UHGV virus genome: UHGV-1368192
Strand: one strand, 5' to 3'
DNA length: 64,000 bases
DNA from: a virus
Below the pieces are notes generated by a model, which was given only the letters and a program-made list of their open reading frames with translations, made no database searches and was not told the DNA's origin. Below are positions 18,952 through 30,000 of this stretch, in pieces; position 1 is the first letter of the stretch, and the number at the start of each line of letters is the position of its first letter. The translations under genes were made by a program, and so were the position numbers.

Positions 18952-20130
18952 ATGAATCCAGAAGAATTTAGTCTTGCTTCATTCGGCCTTGAGGACGGTA
19001 GGTATGAACAGCCTACAGAAGCTCAGGGGACTTCAGACATCACTACTGGTGGTCCTGTAGGTCTTCCTGATATCTTCCTCAGAGGCGAGCTCAGCGAGCC
19101 GACACCGGAAGATGGCGGTAATGCAGAACCCGAACCTCAAGAAGCAAAGCAAGGCGAAGAACCAGCCGAACCCCAGCATGAAGAACCGGGCGTGGAACCT
19201 GTTGTTGAGGAAGGAGTAGAAGAGTCTAACCTCGGTGGTGATGTCTACTCTGCCTTTGCTCAGGACCTCGTGAAGGGTAACGTCCTAAAATTCATCGACC
19301 CCAAGGATATCAGTGGCGAGCTCACCCCAGAGCAGCTCTCAAGCCTTATCGATCAGGAAGCGGAGAACCGCGCTGGCGATAAGGTTAAGCGTTTTGAGGA
19401 GGCTATGGCTTCGAATGTCACGGTAGATGAGTACGCACAGTACTCTAACATCATTGATACTCTCAGCAATATCGATGAGGAGCAGCTCTCTAGGGAGAAT
19501 GACGCGCAAGCTGAATCGACCCGACGTGAGCTTATCTACATGTCGTACATCAACAAGGGGTTCTCTGAGGAAAGGGCAAAGCGTGAGGTAGAGAAGTCTA
19601 TCAATGCCGGCACTGATGTAGCCGACGCTATCGATGCTCTTGAAGACTGCAAGAACTTCTATGTAAGTTCCTACAACAATCTCCTTGCTCAGCGTGAGGC
19701 TGAGGTTAGGGAGCAGCAGGCACAGATAGAGATGCACGCTCAGGCTCTCCGCTCGGCTGTGTTAGAAGATAACCCATTCTATGAGGCTATTGGTATTGAC
19801 CCTGCTATCCGCGAGCAGGCGTACAAGGCTCTCACAGAACCAGCATACAAGGATAAGTCCACAGGGCAAACTCTCACCGCGTTGGAATACGCTATGCAGA
19901 GTGACCCTGTTTCATTCTCTCGCAATGTAGGCGTACTCTTTGCGCTGACGGATGGATTCAAGGACTTGTCTAAGATCGGCCAAAAGGCAGTACAGAAGGA
20001 GGTCTCCTCAAAGATGTCCGCCTTGGAAGCAAAGCTACGCACGCCAGAGAGGCGTGGTAACTCGCAATTAGTCAGCAGTGGTGGGCCCATCGCACATCTG
20101 ATAGATGGCACCCCTGTTAAAATCAGATAG
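18952..20130 (+). CDS. Putative scaffolding protein.
   Basis: 392 aa with an acidic N-terminus, helical, lying immediately upstream of the MCP-sized gene. Confidence 0.45.
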   Translation: MNPEEFSLASFGLEDGRYEQPTEAQGTSDITTGGPVGLPDIFLRGELSEPTPEDGGNAEPEPQEAKQGEEPAEPQHEEPGVEPVVEEGVEESNLGGDVYSAFAQDLVKGNVLKFIDPKDISGELTPEQLSSLIDQEAENRAGDKVKRFEEAMASNVTVDEYAQYSNIIDTLSNIDEEQLSRENDAQAESTRRELIYMSYINKGFSEERAKREVEKSINAGTDVADAIDALEDCKNFYVSSYNNLLAQREAEVREQQAQIEMHAQALRSAVLEDNPFYEAIGIDPAIREQAYKALTEPAYKDKSTGQTLTALEYAMQSDPVSFSRNVGVLFALTDGFKDLSKIGQKAVQKEVSSKMSALEAKLRTPERRGNSQLVSSGGPIAHLIDGTPVKIR

Positions 20131-20136
20131 TAATAT

Positions 20137-21699
20137 ATGAGTAAGTTAATTCAGAATGGGCTCCAGCCCTTACAGGTAGCAAGGACCTCTGGGTGGAATG
20201 GTCTGACGACCGAGAACCACCTCGCATCCATCGGCTATCGCTCTCCCCAGCTTCTGGCGGACTTCATGGTGAATCTTGTGTCACGAAACTCGAAGGGTAG
20301 TAACCTCGAGGCTTTCCTCCGCAAGTTCCCTATCAAGTACGTAGAAACGACCAACGACTACGAATGGGATGTTGTCGGTGGTTATAGGCGTAATATCCCT
20401 CTGATCCAGGCTCGCGACGAGAGCGGTGCGGTCATCGACGAGAACTACGGTAACGTCGGTCGCAACTTCTCTCCCTTCTTCCTCGTCTTCCCTGAGGACT
20501 ACTTCTTCAAGGGTGAGATCATCATGGGTGAGAAGAACGAAGTCTATCCTCTGCATATCCAGGATCACCCTGTCAACGAAGGTTCGCAGGTTGTCTACCG
20601 TGTAGTCCTCGCTAACGGTGATGAGAATGGTATCCCTGCAAGGGAACTTCTGGAAGGTCGTAGGTTCAGCTACTCTCACACGATCATCGAGAGTGAAATG
20701 TCTCGTAGTGTTGGTGGTATCCGCTTCGGTGAGGCCAACAGGATGCGTAACACCTTCACGAATATCCGTCTTGACTACAAGGTCGCTTCTGAGCGTTTCG
20801 TCAAGGAGAACAGCGGTATGATGTTCCTCTACCCCTTCATCGATCCCGACAACGAGAACAAGGTTGAGATCAAGGAGGCATGGGTACACTACACCGAGTG
20901 GCTTGCTGAAATCCAGTTCCGCGAAATGAAGGCTAACATGCTTGCCTATGGTCGCTCTACCAAGGGTGCTAACGGTGAGTTCACGCTCTTCGGTGCTTCT
21001 GGTAACAAGATCAAGACCGGTGCTGGTCTCTACGAGCAGATCTCTTACGGAAATCAGCACTACTACACGAAGTTCAACATCGAGATGTTCGAACGCGCGC
21101 TGGTAGACTTCTCTGTCGACAACAAGGAGTTCGGCGAACGTAAGTACATCCTTCGTACCGGTGAGTATGGTGCTATCGCCTTCCACAAGGCTGTCTCTGA
21201 CTCTGTCAAGGGTTGGTCTTACATCGGCGACGGTAACGCTCCTGCTATCACGAGGACGAACAGCCCTCTCCACGACAACGCTCTGGCTGCAGGCTATCAG
21301 TTCACTGAGTACCGTGCTCCTAACGGTGTCACGATCACTCTTGACGTTGACAGCATGTACGACGACATCGTCCGCAACAAGATCTCTCATCCCCAGGGTG
21401 GCACGGCGTTCTCTCACCGCTTCGACCTCTTCGACTGCGGTACGACGGACAACCCCAACATCCAGCTTGTACAGCCTAAGGGCGCAGAAGAACACCGCTC
21501 TGTCATCGTGGGTACGACGAGGTACAACGTCGCTGGCACGCTGATGCAGCACGCTCTTAGCGCTTATGGTGGTGGTACGTACCAGCACTCTGCTAACGAT
21601 GAGGATAGCGTACACTTCACTCGCACCGCTACGATGGGTGTATGTGTCCGTGACGCATCGCGCGTAATGTCGTTCATCCCTTCGATCCTCAGGGACTAA
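20137..21699 (+). CDS. Putative major capsid protein.
   Basis: 520 aa, a typical crAss-like MCP size, positioned after the scaffold-like gene. The 444-aa antisense ORF inside it is judged an artifact. Confidence 0.5.
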   Translation: MSKLIQNGLQPLQVARTSGWNGLTTENHLASIGYRSPQLLADFMVNLVSRNSKGSNLEAFLRKFPIKYVETTNDYEWDVVGGYRRNIPLIQARDESGAVIDENYGNVGRNFSPFFLVFPEDYFFKGEIIMGEKNEVYPLHIQDHPVNEGSQVVYRVVLANGDENGIPARELLEGRRFSYSHTIIESEMSRSVGGIRFGEANRMRNTFTNIRLDYKVASERFVKENSGMMFLYPFIDPDNENKVEIKEAWVHYTEWLAEIQFREMKANMLAYGRSTKGANGEFTLFGASGNKIKTGAGLYEQISYGNQHYYTKFNIEMFERALVDFSVDNKEFGERKYILRTGEYGAIAFHKAVSDSVKGWSYIGDGNAPAITRTNSPLHDNALAAGYQFTEYRAPNGVTITLDVDSMYDDIVRNKISHPQGGTAFSHRFDLFDCGTTDNPNIQLVQPKGAEEHRSVIVGTTRYNVAGTLMQHALSAYGGGTYQHSANDEDSVHFTRTATMGVCVRDASRVMSFIPSILRD

Positions 21700-21726
21700 G
21701 ACTAACTAAGAATACATAGAATAGAA

Positions 21727-22632
21727 ATGGCAAAGAAAGCAACCAACATCGAAGAGTCCGTCCTCGTGCAGAACGAGGGCGGGTTCTCGCTACCTAACAG
21801 GAGGGTCAATGTCACGATGATCCCCAAGAAGACACCACTGGTAACGAGCAAGAACCACGTTCTGGCTTCCGGTAGGGCTCCTGGGGCGACAGTGACGATC
21901 TGTGTACCTGTTAAGATCGATGGCTCGTACGTGCAAGTCCTCACTGAGGAAGAGCAGGAATGTCTCACTCGGCTCATGGGCCTTCCCAAAGATGCCCTGT
22001 CTAGCTATATCAGGGTGAATAACTACTGGGACAACTATTCCATCAGGCTCAACGCAGAGGACAAGTCTATCGATCTTAGCACTCCTGAAGGTTACATCGA
22101 GTATAAGGTCCTTGCAGCAAACAAGCATATCATTGCTACGTCGGCTGAGGAACATAGGAAGAATCCTGACTCTGAGCATCTGTACCTCCTGTCGTTTGAG
22201 GATGAGCGTGCTAAGCGTATTGAGGAAGAGGCAGACCTCTCTATCAATGCGATCATGCTCCTCAACAGCATTAGGGATGACCGCGACACCATGCGTGCCG
22301 TTCTCGAGCGTCTCACAGGCTCGTCGCTGTCTCTTAGGGTTGACAGGTCCTTCCTCCTCAACAAGCTCACTAAGATCGCACAGGAAGCGCCTAAGCGATT
22401 CATTGAGGTTGCTGGTAACGAGAACCTCGCTTCGATGGTTGTCATCAAGAAGGCTGCAGCTCTCAAGCTCATCTTCAACAAGGGCGGTAAGTTCTATCGC
22501 TTAGACAACACGCCCATCTGTAATGTTGATGAGGAGCCAACGCTGGAGAATGCATCAGCATATCTCTCGCGTCCCCAGAATCAGGAAGAGTTCCTGACTC
22601 TCAAGGCTAGTATTAAGGACGCAGAAAAGTAG
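21727..22632 (+). CDS. Hypothetical virion protein.
   Basis: 301-aa ORF. Confidence 0.55.
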   Translation: MAKKATNIEESVLVQNEGGFSLPNRRVNVTMIPKKTPLVTSKNHVLASGRAPGATVTICVPVKIDGSYVQVLTEEEQECLTRLMGLPKDALSSYIRVNNYWDNYSIRLNAEDKSIDLSTPEGYIEYKVLAANKHIIATSAEEHRKNPDSEHLYLLSFEDERAKRIEEEADLSINAIMLLNSIRDDRDTMRAVLERLTGSSLSLRVDRSFLLNKLTKIAQEAPKRFIEVAGNENLASMVVIKKAAALKLIFNKGGKFYRLDNTPICNVDEEPTLENASAYLSRPQNQEEFLTLKASIKDAEK

Positions 22633-22635
22633 GCT

Positions 22636-23292
22636 ATGACGGTACAGGAGCTCTCTCACGAGTTTGATCTTCTCTATAATAACCTGTCGAGCAATGGTGC
22701 TCCAGGTCTCAGTGAGTATGAGAAGAGTCGTCTCCTGACAACAGCACAGGAACAGGTCCTCTCCGCTATCATCGGCGGGGAGGATCTCCCTGGTCTGGAC
22801 GGCTCCGATGAGAACAGGTCTCGTCTACACACTCTCCTCAAGGACTATGAAGCTGTAGCGTCTGTCACAACGACCACTAAGGAGCTTAAAGGCATCCAGG
22901 GTGTGACAAGCTACTCTCGATTCTTTGCCACCCCAGAGGATATGATACAGCCTCTCTACGAATATGTCAGTGGTGTTGGCGGTTGCGCTATCACAGTAGC
23001 ACCGGTAAGCCACGACAAGATTGCCAAGAGGCTTGTCAATCCCTTCTCAGGTCCAACCATCCAGCCACTGCGTCTCATGGCCGGTGACATGGTTGAGATC
23101 ATCTACAAGAAGGATTTCTCTGGCTACTCTATGCGTTATCTTCGCATACCAAAGCCAATCATCTTGGACGATCTCCAGGATGGGCTCACAATAAATGGAG
23201 AGACGAAGGCTCGCACTAGTGAGCTCAATCCGTACCTCCACCGATCTATCGTTTTACAGGCCGTGCAACTAGCACGTGCCGCATGGAAATAA
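22636..23292 (+). CDS. Hypothetical virion protein.
   Basis: 218-aa ORF. Confidence 0.55.
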   Translation: MTVQELSHEFDLLYNNLSSNGAPGLSEYEKSRLLTTAQEQVLSAIIGGEDLPGLDGSDENRSRLHTLLKDYEAVASVTTTTKELKGIQGVTSYSRFFATPEDMIQPLYEYVSGVGGCAITVAPVSHDKIAKRLVNPFSGPTIQPLRLMAGDMVEIIYKKDFSGYSMRYLRIPKPIILDDLQDGLTINGETKARTSELNPYLHRSIVLQAVQLARAAWK

Positions 23293-23298
23293 TTATTT

Positions 23299-24363
23299 AT
23301 GGGTTACAAGGTTAATCAGGTACGACAGGTCTATGTCGTAAATAAGGTTGAGCTGGCTACTGGCTTTGGTCCCACCGACCATCTCCCCGAGAAGGGCGAC
23401 CTGGGGGAAGCCAAGCTCTTCATCAACGATGAGCATGGGTACATGTACTTCGAGTATCGCACTCACAATGGTGTCGTTCGCACCGACGAGATTCCTCTGG
23501 CGAGCATCAACAAGATCCGCCTGACGAAGAAGGAACAGCTGCGTCACCACAAGGACTGCTACAAGATCACTATCCCTGCTACGTCTCTCGCTCCTGACCA
23601 GGATGTCACGGTAAACGTAGACATCTTCGGTTCCTACACGAACACGCAGCTGAACAAGATCACTGAGTCTATCAACTTCAACTACGATGTGAACTCAAGT
23701 CTCGTGCAGAACAACTTCCTCCTCGCGGTCCTTGATCTTGCTAAGAGGCTGTACGAACAGCGTGAGAACGCTATCCAGGTCTTTATTGACACTGCTGGCA
23801 CGCCCGACACGATCGGCACGCTCGTAGAGGTTAAGCACGATATGACCTTTGATGATCTTAGCGCTGCTGCTACGGCTATCAATGGTATCGTCCTCAAGGA
23901 GAACCAGACGTTCTACTACAACCCTGCTCACTCTGCTCCCACGTACAGGCTTAGCTTCAAGCCCCGTGTGACGATGTCTAGCTATGAGGACAACCCTCAT
24001 ATCGTCTGCAAGCGTGTCAAGCTCGACTACACGAACGCTGACAACTACGAGATCAATGGTCCTGTAGTAGCAGACATGGAGCGCTTCCACTTCGGTTTCC
24101 GTGGTGATGAGTACCAGGGTCTGGGTCACGGCTACAAGATCCCTGTGGGTATGGTAGCTGATCCTACGCAGGAGTACGATGCTCTGGATATCCACTACGC
24201 TCACCTTGGTTCTGGCAATCAGACCTACCGCAGTGAGAAGGATATCACGCTCTACGGCAAGCACGACGAGCTGAAGGCTCTTGTTGAGGGCAAGCTCAAG
24301 ACGGCTATCAAGAAGGAACTCCATCCTGTGAAGGAAGGATCTCCTATTCTTGATGAATGCTAA
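23299..24363 (+). CDS. Hypothetical virion protein.
   Basis: 354-aa ORF followed by a strong terminator hairpin. Confidence 0.55.
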   Translation: MGYKVNQVRQVYVVNKVELATGFGPTDHLPEKGDLGEAKLFINDEHGYMYFEYRTHNGVVRTDEIPLASINKIRLTKKEQLRHHKDCYKITIPATSLAPDQDVTVNVDIFGSYTNTQLNKITESINFNYDVNSSLVQNNFLLAVLDLAKRLYEQRENAIQVFIDTAGTPDTIGTLVEVKHDMTFDDLSAAATAINGIVLKENQTFYYNPAHSAPTYRLSFKPRVTMSSYEDNPHIVCKRVKLDYTNADNYEINGPVVADMERFHFGFRGDEYQGLGHGYKIPVGMVADPTQEYDALDIHYAHLGSGNQTYRSEKDITLYGKHDELKALVEGKLKTAIKKELHPVKEGSPILDEC

Positions 24364-24383
24364 CCAACCTCATGTAGAATCTG

Positions 24384-24421
24384 GGGGTCATCTACACCTG
24401 TAGGTGGCCCCCTTATTTCTT
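24384..24421 (+). terminator. Intrinsic terminator: a 14-bp stem (gggggtcatctaca/tgtaggtggccccc, with 2 G-U pairs) followed by TTATTTCTT.
   Basis: Direct reading. Confidence 0.5.
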
Positions 24422-24429
24422 AAAGACAA

Positions 24430-25041
24430 ATGATCGAGATCAATGAATTGCTGGTAGACACCAGGGTAAATAAACTAATCATCGACATCAGCGTATCTTC
24501 GCTCTGTTACTACGATAACATGTGGCTGAAGAAGGTCAAGGTCACTGTTGGGGACAAGGTCAAGCACGAGCAGGACATCTCTGCCATCCCTGAGGATATT
24601 GCTACAGCTAACCTATGCCGTGAGTTCTGTGGTGTGCTCCCCACTGAGGCTGAGATGGCTCATAGTGACCTGAGGAGACGCAGAGCACGTCTAGAGCTCA
24701 AGCTGGACAAGATCAGCGCTAATGCTACTGATCTCTTCCTCATCGACGTAGAGCTTGCTGGTGCGCCTATGGAGAGCACACCATGTGGTCTTGACAAGAA
24801 TAAGTTCCAGCTTATCACCTACGATGAAGGGATCTTCTATCGTCGTCTGAGGAAGAGCATAGGTGTTGGTGAGGAAGGTAAGTATAACAAGTCAGCTGTT
24901 ATTGACACTATCCTCCTCATGGAGGGCATGCGTGCTGCTGTACGTTGTGGCGATGTCAATGCAGCTAACCGCTTCTGGGCTCTGGTTGCTGAACCTGTGG
25001 CTGAGGAGAAGAAGAAATGTAGCAGCTGCAATGACCGATAG
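24430..25041 (+). CDS. Hypothetical protein.
   Basis: 203-aa ORF. Confidence 0.5.
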   Translation: MIEINELLVDTRVNKLIIDISVSSLCYYDNMWLKKVKVTVGDKVKHEQDISAIPEDIATANLCREFCGVLPTEAEMAHSDLRRRRARLELKLDKISANATDLFLIDVELAGAPMESTPCGLDKNKFQLITYDEGIFYRRLRKSIGVGEEGKYNKSAVIDTILLMEGMRAAVRCGDVNAANRFWALVAEPVAEEKKKCSSCNDR

Positions 25042-25348
25042 AGAAATAGTAGACCTCCTGCTTGACTACTACGATTGTCTTAGCAGGGGCGAGACAAAGG
25101 ACGACAAGGATCTGCTCATCGCTATAGAGGTAGCTATCATTGACAGGACCTCGCTAGGGCTATATGCCACGGTAGAGGAATACAGGTCGATGCTATCTAT
25201 CCTTTCCTCAGAGCTATCTTTGTGTGGGGTTGACTTCGGCGCAGGCGATCTCATCCTCAATGACCCTGTAGAATCCAACAAGAGACTCAGGGTGACACAG
25301 CGTTGCGAGATACGCGTCGCTGATGGTACCTTTAGAATTGAAGTGTAA
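25031..25348 (+). CDS. Hypothetical small protein.
   Basis: The start was refined to ATG 25031, which overlaps the upstream stop (ATGACCGATAG). Confidence 0.45.
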   Translation: MTDREIVDLLLDYYDCLSRGETKDDKDLLIAIEVAIIDRTSLGLYATVEEYRSMLSILSSELSLCGVDFGAGDLILNDPVESNKRLRVTQRCEIRVADGTFRIEV

Positions 25349-26061
25349 TGGCAACGTATAGAGAACTCATATCCCTGATCACTGATCAGGTCAAGGGTGG
25401 CTCTGATGACTTCAGCTTCACCGACGCACACATCGCTTTCCTCATCGACAAGTACCGCGCGCTCCTTATTGAGAAGAAGTACAATGGTAAGGATCCTGGT
25501 AGCGAGAACAAGGTAGAGCTCTGCGTTAAGCTCAAGCTGAAGAGTGTCGACAAGTGTAATTGCAAGGGCGTGTTTGAGTCTGTCAGTGTCGACAAGCTAC
25601 CCTCTATGATCGGTAACTACAGCATCGAGGCTGGTGAGCTTACTATCAGCTCAGCTAACACTGATAGGTATAGGCACGCACTGTCAGGTGAGTTCGCCTC
25701 TAAGACCATCTACGGCACTATTGGCGGTGACAGGCACCTCAAGCTCAAAGGTCTTGATCCCAGGATGAAGTACCTTGGTGAGGTCCGTATCACGTGTATG
25801 CCTGCATCCATTCCTGATAGGAAGCTCCTCTGCGATCAGTCTGAGGAAGGACAGGGTGGAGAATGCGCTGATAACTATGACATTACCATTCCTCTTGAGG
25901 AAGGGCTAGTGATGCCTCTCATAGACGCTGTGAGGAAGGACATCCTTTCTACGATGTACAATGCTGATGACTACAAGAACAACGGCATGGACGACCTCCC
26001 AGATATCTACACACTTGCTTCAGCTATCTCACGTCAGCTGAGGAATAGGAAAGCTAAGTGA
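25348..26061 (+). CDS. Hypothetical virion protein.
   Basis: 237-aa ORF. Confidence 0.55.
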   Translation: MATYRELISLITDQVKGGSDDFSFTDAHIAFLIDKYRALLIEKKYNGKDPGSENKVELCVKLKLKSVDKCNCKGVFESVSVDKLPSMIGNYSIEAGELTISSANTDRYRHALSGEFASKTIYGTIGGDRHLKLKGLDPRMKYLGEVRITCMPASIPDRKLLCDQSEEGQGGECADNYDITIPLEEGLVMPLIDAVRKDILSTMYNADDYKNNGMDDLPDIYTLASAISRQLRNRKAK

Positions 26062-26504
26062 TGAAGAGTATCGGAAGTAAGGAGATCTATCCCTTCCTCA
26101 GGAAGGACCTCAAGAAGAAGGTGAAAAGAAGTATCTTCATAGACATAGTGAAGGACCTCAACGCCGCTCTCTTTGATGTCTTGCTTGAGGAAGGGATGGT
26201 TCGTCTACCTTTGGATCTCGCAGTCCTCTACCTTGAGCTCAGGGAGTACGAGCCTAAACTTGTCAATGGCAAGCTCACAGGGCTACCACCTATCAACTGG
26301 GCGAAGACCAACGAGATCAGGAAGAGCGGCCATAAAGGCTTAGTGAGGCAGGACTGGAAGCACAAGCTGATCCTGCGTAGCAAGAAGTCCATGAGGAGGC
26401 GCACAGTGATGCGTCATTACCTCTTTGAGTATTACAGGAGCGCTAAGACGCGTCTCCGCGAACATGAACAAAGACTAATATATGAACAGGTACATAGGTA
26501 TTGA
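26058..26504 (+). CDS. Basic hypothetical protein.
   Basis: 148 aa, K/R-rich. Confidence 0.5.
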   Translation: MMKSIGSKEIYPFLRKDLKKKVKRSIFIDIVKDLNAALFDVLLEEGMVRLPLDLAVLYLELREYEPKLVNGKLTGLPPINWAKTNEIRKSGHKGLVRQDWKHKLILRSKKSMRRRTVMRHYLFEYYRSAKTRLREHEQRLIYEQVHRY

Positions 26505-27087
26505 TAGCCTCCTTTCTAGGTTGACCAGGAATCCAAACTTGGCTACCCTGGATAAGGAGGCTGTTGCTGAGTACGTAGCTAGCTTCACGAGGAAGTATGC
26601 AGAGCCCGATAGTCTGGATATCTACGAAGACGAGGTAGAGATCAAGTCTTTCCGTGGCAGGCTACCTAAGGACTGCCTAAGGCTTGAGTCGGTCCACTTC
26701 GGTCGCATGCCCATGAATGAGGTGAGGAGAAGCGGTAGGATCGGCAAGTACGAGTATTCCCTACGCAACGGCGTTATGCAGTGCGGCTTTGAGAAAGGCA
26801 AGATCGACATCAAGTATCTCGCTATGCCTGTCGACGAGGATGGCTTCCCCATGGTATATGAGGATGAGCTACTCATCGATGCTATCATAGCGTACATCAA
26901 GATGGATCAGTACAAGCTCCTCTTCGACAACAATAAGATCAGCAGGGAGTCCTCTCATCAGGCACAGCAGGACTACTCATGGGCTGTTGGGCAGTACCTC
27001 GCATCACAGAGGATACCATCAGCACAGGAGATCATTGAGATCGGCATGAGAGCAAGATTTTCTGACGTTGGTACGAGAAGGCGATGA
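26482..27087 (+). CDS. Hypothetical protein.
   Basis: 201-aa ORF. Confidence 0.5.
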   Translation: MNRYIGIDSLLSRLTRNPNLATLDKEAVAEYVASFTRKYAEPDSLDIYEDEVEIKSFRGRLPKDCLRLESVHFGRMPMNEVRRSGRIGKYEYSLRNGVMQCGFEKGKIDIKYLAMPVDEDGFPMVYEDELLIDAIIAYIKMDQYKLLFDNNKISRESSHQAQQDYSWAVGQYLASQRIPSAQEIIEIGMRARFSDVGTRRR

Positions 27088-30000
27088 AAGAGAAGGTTAT
27101 CCGCCTAATGGCACGAGGCATGGCGCAAGACCACGCTGAGGCCAGGGCATCAAACGATTTGGCTTATGAGCTGAGGAATATCCGCATTTCCTCAGACGGC
27201 AGCAACACGCTCTTCTCTATAAGCAGCATCAAGGGGACGGAGGCTAAGAGCTCTGTCCCCGGACGCGTTGTAGCTACCACTGTCATCGGTGACAAGGCTG
27301 TCATCCTCAGTAAGTACAAGAAGGACGGTATGGTCTTCGTCTTCGATGGTGAGAATATCAAGAAGATCTACGAGACGGAAATGAACCTGAGCGACAACGT
27401 AGATATGATCGGTGTCGTTGAGCGCGATGATATCGAGAAGGTCTACTGGGTTGATGGTGTCAATCCGCTGAGGTCACTGAACATCCACGACAAGCGTCTG
27501 GCTACCAATCCTAACGTCGACTACATTAACAACACCTGGTCACTATCTTTTGAGGAAAAGGTAAATGTGACACAGAGCTGGGGACGTGGATCAAAGCTGC
27601 ATAGTGGTAACGTCACTTACGTCTTCACCTATTCCCTTATGCACGGCAAGGAGTCGAAGATCTTTGCTGAGTCTGATGTCTACTACATCACTCACTCTGA
27701 TGGTCGTGGCGGCTCAGGTGAGGACATCATCAACTGCTCCTTTGATATTGAGATCACCGGTCTGGATCAGAAAGCTGACTTCGTCAATGTGTATAGGATC
27801 CTCAGGACTAGTGAGGGAGGTACGCCTGATGTACAGCGCGTACAGTCCGTTCCTGTCAAGGGCAACGGCGTAGAGTTCCATGACTATGGCCAGCCAGGCA
27901 TCAGCATCGAGCCACAGGCTATCCTGTATCTCGGTAGCAACACCATCATCGCTTCTACTCTTGCTGCTAAGGACAACACTCTCTTCCTCGGCAACCTTTC
28001 TATCCCCGGCTTTAAGTTGTCTGAGGAAGAACAGAAGACGATCAAGGACCACTATGCTGCAGGCGGCATAACCTTCAACCCTGTCGATGTGGAGCCTTTC
28101 AGGGCTCGACAGGCAGGTAAGGGTCACAAGGATATCTCTGTGTTGATGCCGTATGAGCATTACCCTGTAGCTATTCAGCTTATCAGTAAGACAGGTCAGG
28201 AGTCTAACCCTGTGCCTGTCGGTGTGTTCATAGCACCTGACTCTCCCTCAAGGCTTGTAGTATCTCCTCCTCCTGTGGTAGGGGACTACGTGGGCTACAG
28301 GGTCCTCATCCATTATCCATCGACGAAGGAGCGTAGGACAATCGCTAATGGCGTTCTCTCTCCTACCCTCTATACGGTAGCTGATAGGGAGGACGGTGTA
28401 CCATACGCCTTCTCCTCATACTGCTTCAGGCCTATCACGCGCGATGAGCTGCTCCCAGAGAGTCTTGGTGATCTCACCGTGAATAAGTCTCTCTTCAGGA
28501 AGGAGGTGGACCAGCCGTTCTTCAAGTCAAGCTCCTCTACCGCTGGTCTTGCATCAGCTCAGGTAAGGGTGTGTGCTGAGATACAGACCTTCAATACCCC
28601 TGACATCCAGGACTGCTACGATGAGGATATCCAGCTTCACGTGAAGACCCTTGGTGCTCCCATCGAGTCATACGTCTACAGAGATACAAGGGTTGAGGAA
28701 GGGAAGTGGAGTGACATCTCTACTACATACGACCATGAGTCTCTCCTCAGGCCCTCATTGTCTACCACCATAGGATCAACGACGAGGCTTGAGCCAGGCT
28801 CTAAGATCCTGAAGGTGTCAAGCCTTGAGACCGACATGGTGGGTGTGGCTATTCCCCTCTTCTCTACCAAGGACACATCTGGCGGTAAGGTTGTCGAGAA
28901 TACCACAGCACGACTCTCTGTGTATGGTAGGGCAACGACAGACGAGAGGATACTCAATGGCAAGACCTCTACATGGAGGAATGGTGGAGCATCACTGCAG
29001 AAGGTTGATGGTGACACGTACCTTGGCGAGGTGGACAAGATCCTCCCGGCTATCAAGGGTGGCGTGTCGCGTTTCCTCGGTGTTGATGGTAAGGGACAGG
29101 CTAGGTCAGTATCTAGTATCAGCGGTCCCACGAGGATGAAGTACGGCACGTCAGACCACTTCGTCGTCAAGCTCAGCAAGGATGACCTTGTCACAAACGA
29201 GGTCAAGCGTGATGGTCTTCCTACTAGCGCTGTGAGTGACTTCATGAATACCATGGAGGGCAGATGGTTCACACATGACTTCGATCCTCAAGGTGGTGCT
29301 AACCTCGGTGGTGCTAAGAACTGTTGGGGACCTGTCTCTATCGAGTTCCACGATGGTGACTTCCCTGATACGTCCTACGCTGATATAGCTACCACCTTCT
29401 TCTCGAGTGTTGAGGAAGTGAGAGAGAAGCTGTTCCCAAGCTGGCTTACCCTTGACGCTGATAACGGCAAGGAGACGTTCTACTATGCTACACCTCCCGG
29501 TGGTGTCTACTGGAACAAGCATGAGGCCATGGACGACAAGAAGGGGAAGATGCGCATCATCAGTCCATATACCAAGGACTCTGGTGATGTCATTGACTCT
29601 AACGGCGTACCATTCAGGCATTCGCTCTACAAGACTGACGCTACCTCTGTAGGTCTATGGCTTGCTTTCGTGTCAAGAGGACAGATAGCTAAGGGTGTGG
29701 GATCATCAAGCAACGACAGGGATAATCTGAGGAGGCTGATGAGAGAGATCCTCAAGGTAACAGCTGAGAAGCTCATGAGTAGGTACAACCAAGTTCCTGT
29801 CTCCTCAAAGAGTGTTGTCAAGGCTCCTCTTACCGGCTCAGTCCTTCCCATCGCTCTCATGACGAGAGAGGCTCCTGGGTATGACATCGACAGTCTCAGG
29901 TGGGAGTCCTACTCTTACGTAACGCCCATTGCTAAGAGTGCTACCGGAGGAGGTGACACCTACTACCAGACGACAACGCTCTTCAAGACTATCCCTTCCT

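Noticed and set aside
20281-21615. A 444-aa minus-strand ORF inside the MCP-sized gene.
   Set aside because: The V/L/R/D/T-rich composition is typical of an antisense frame of a codon-biased gene. The sense ORF fits the operon context.
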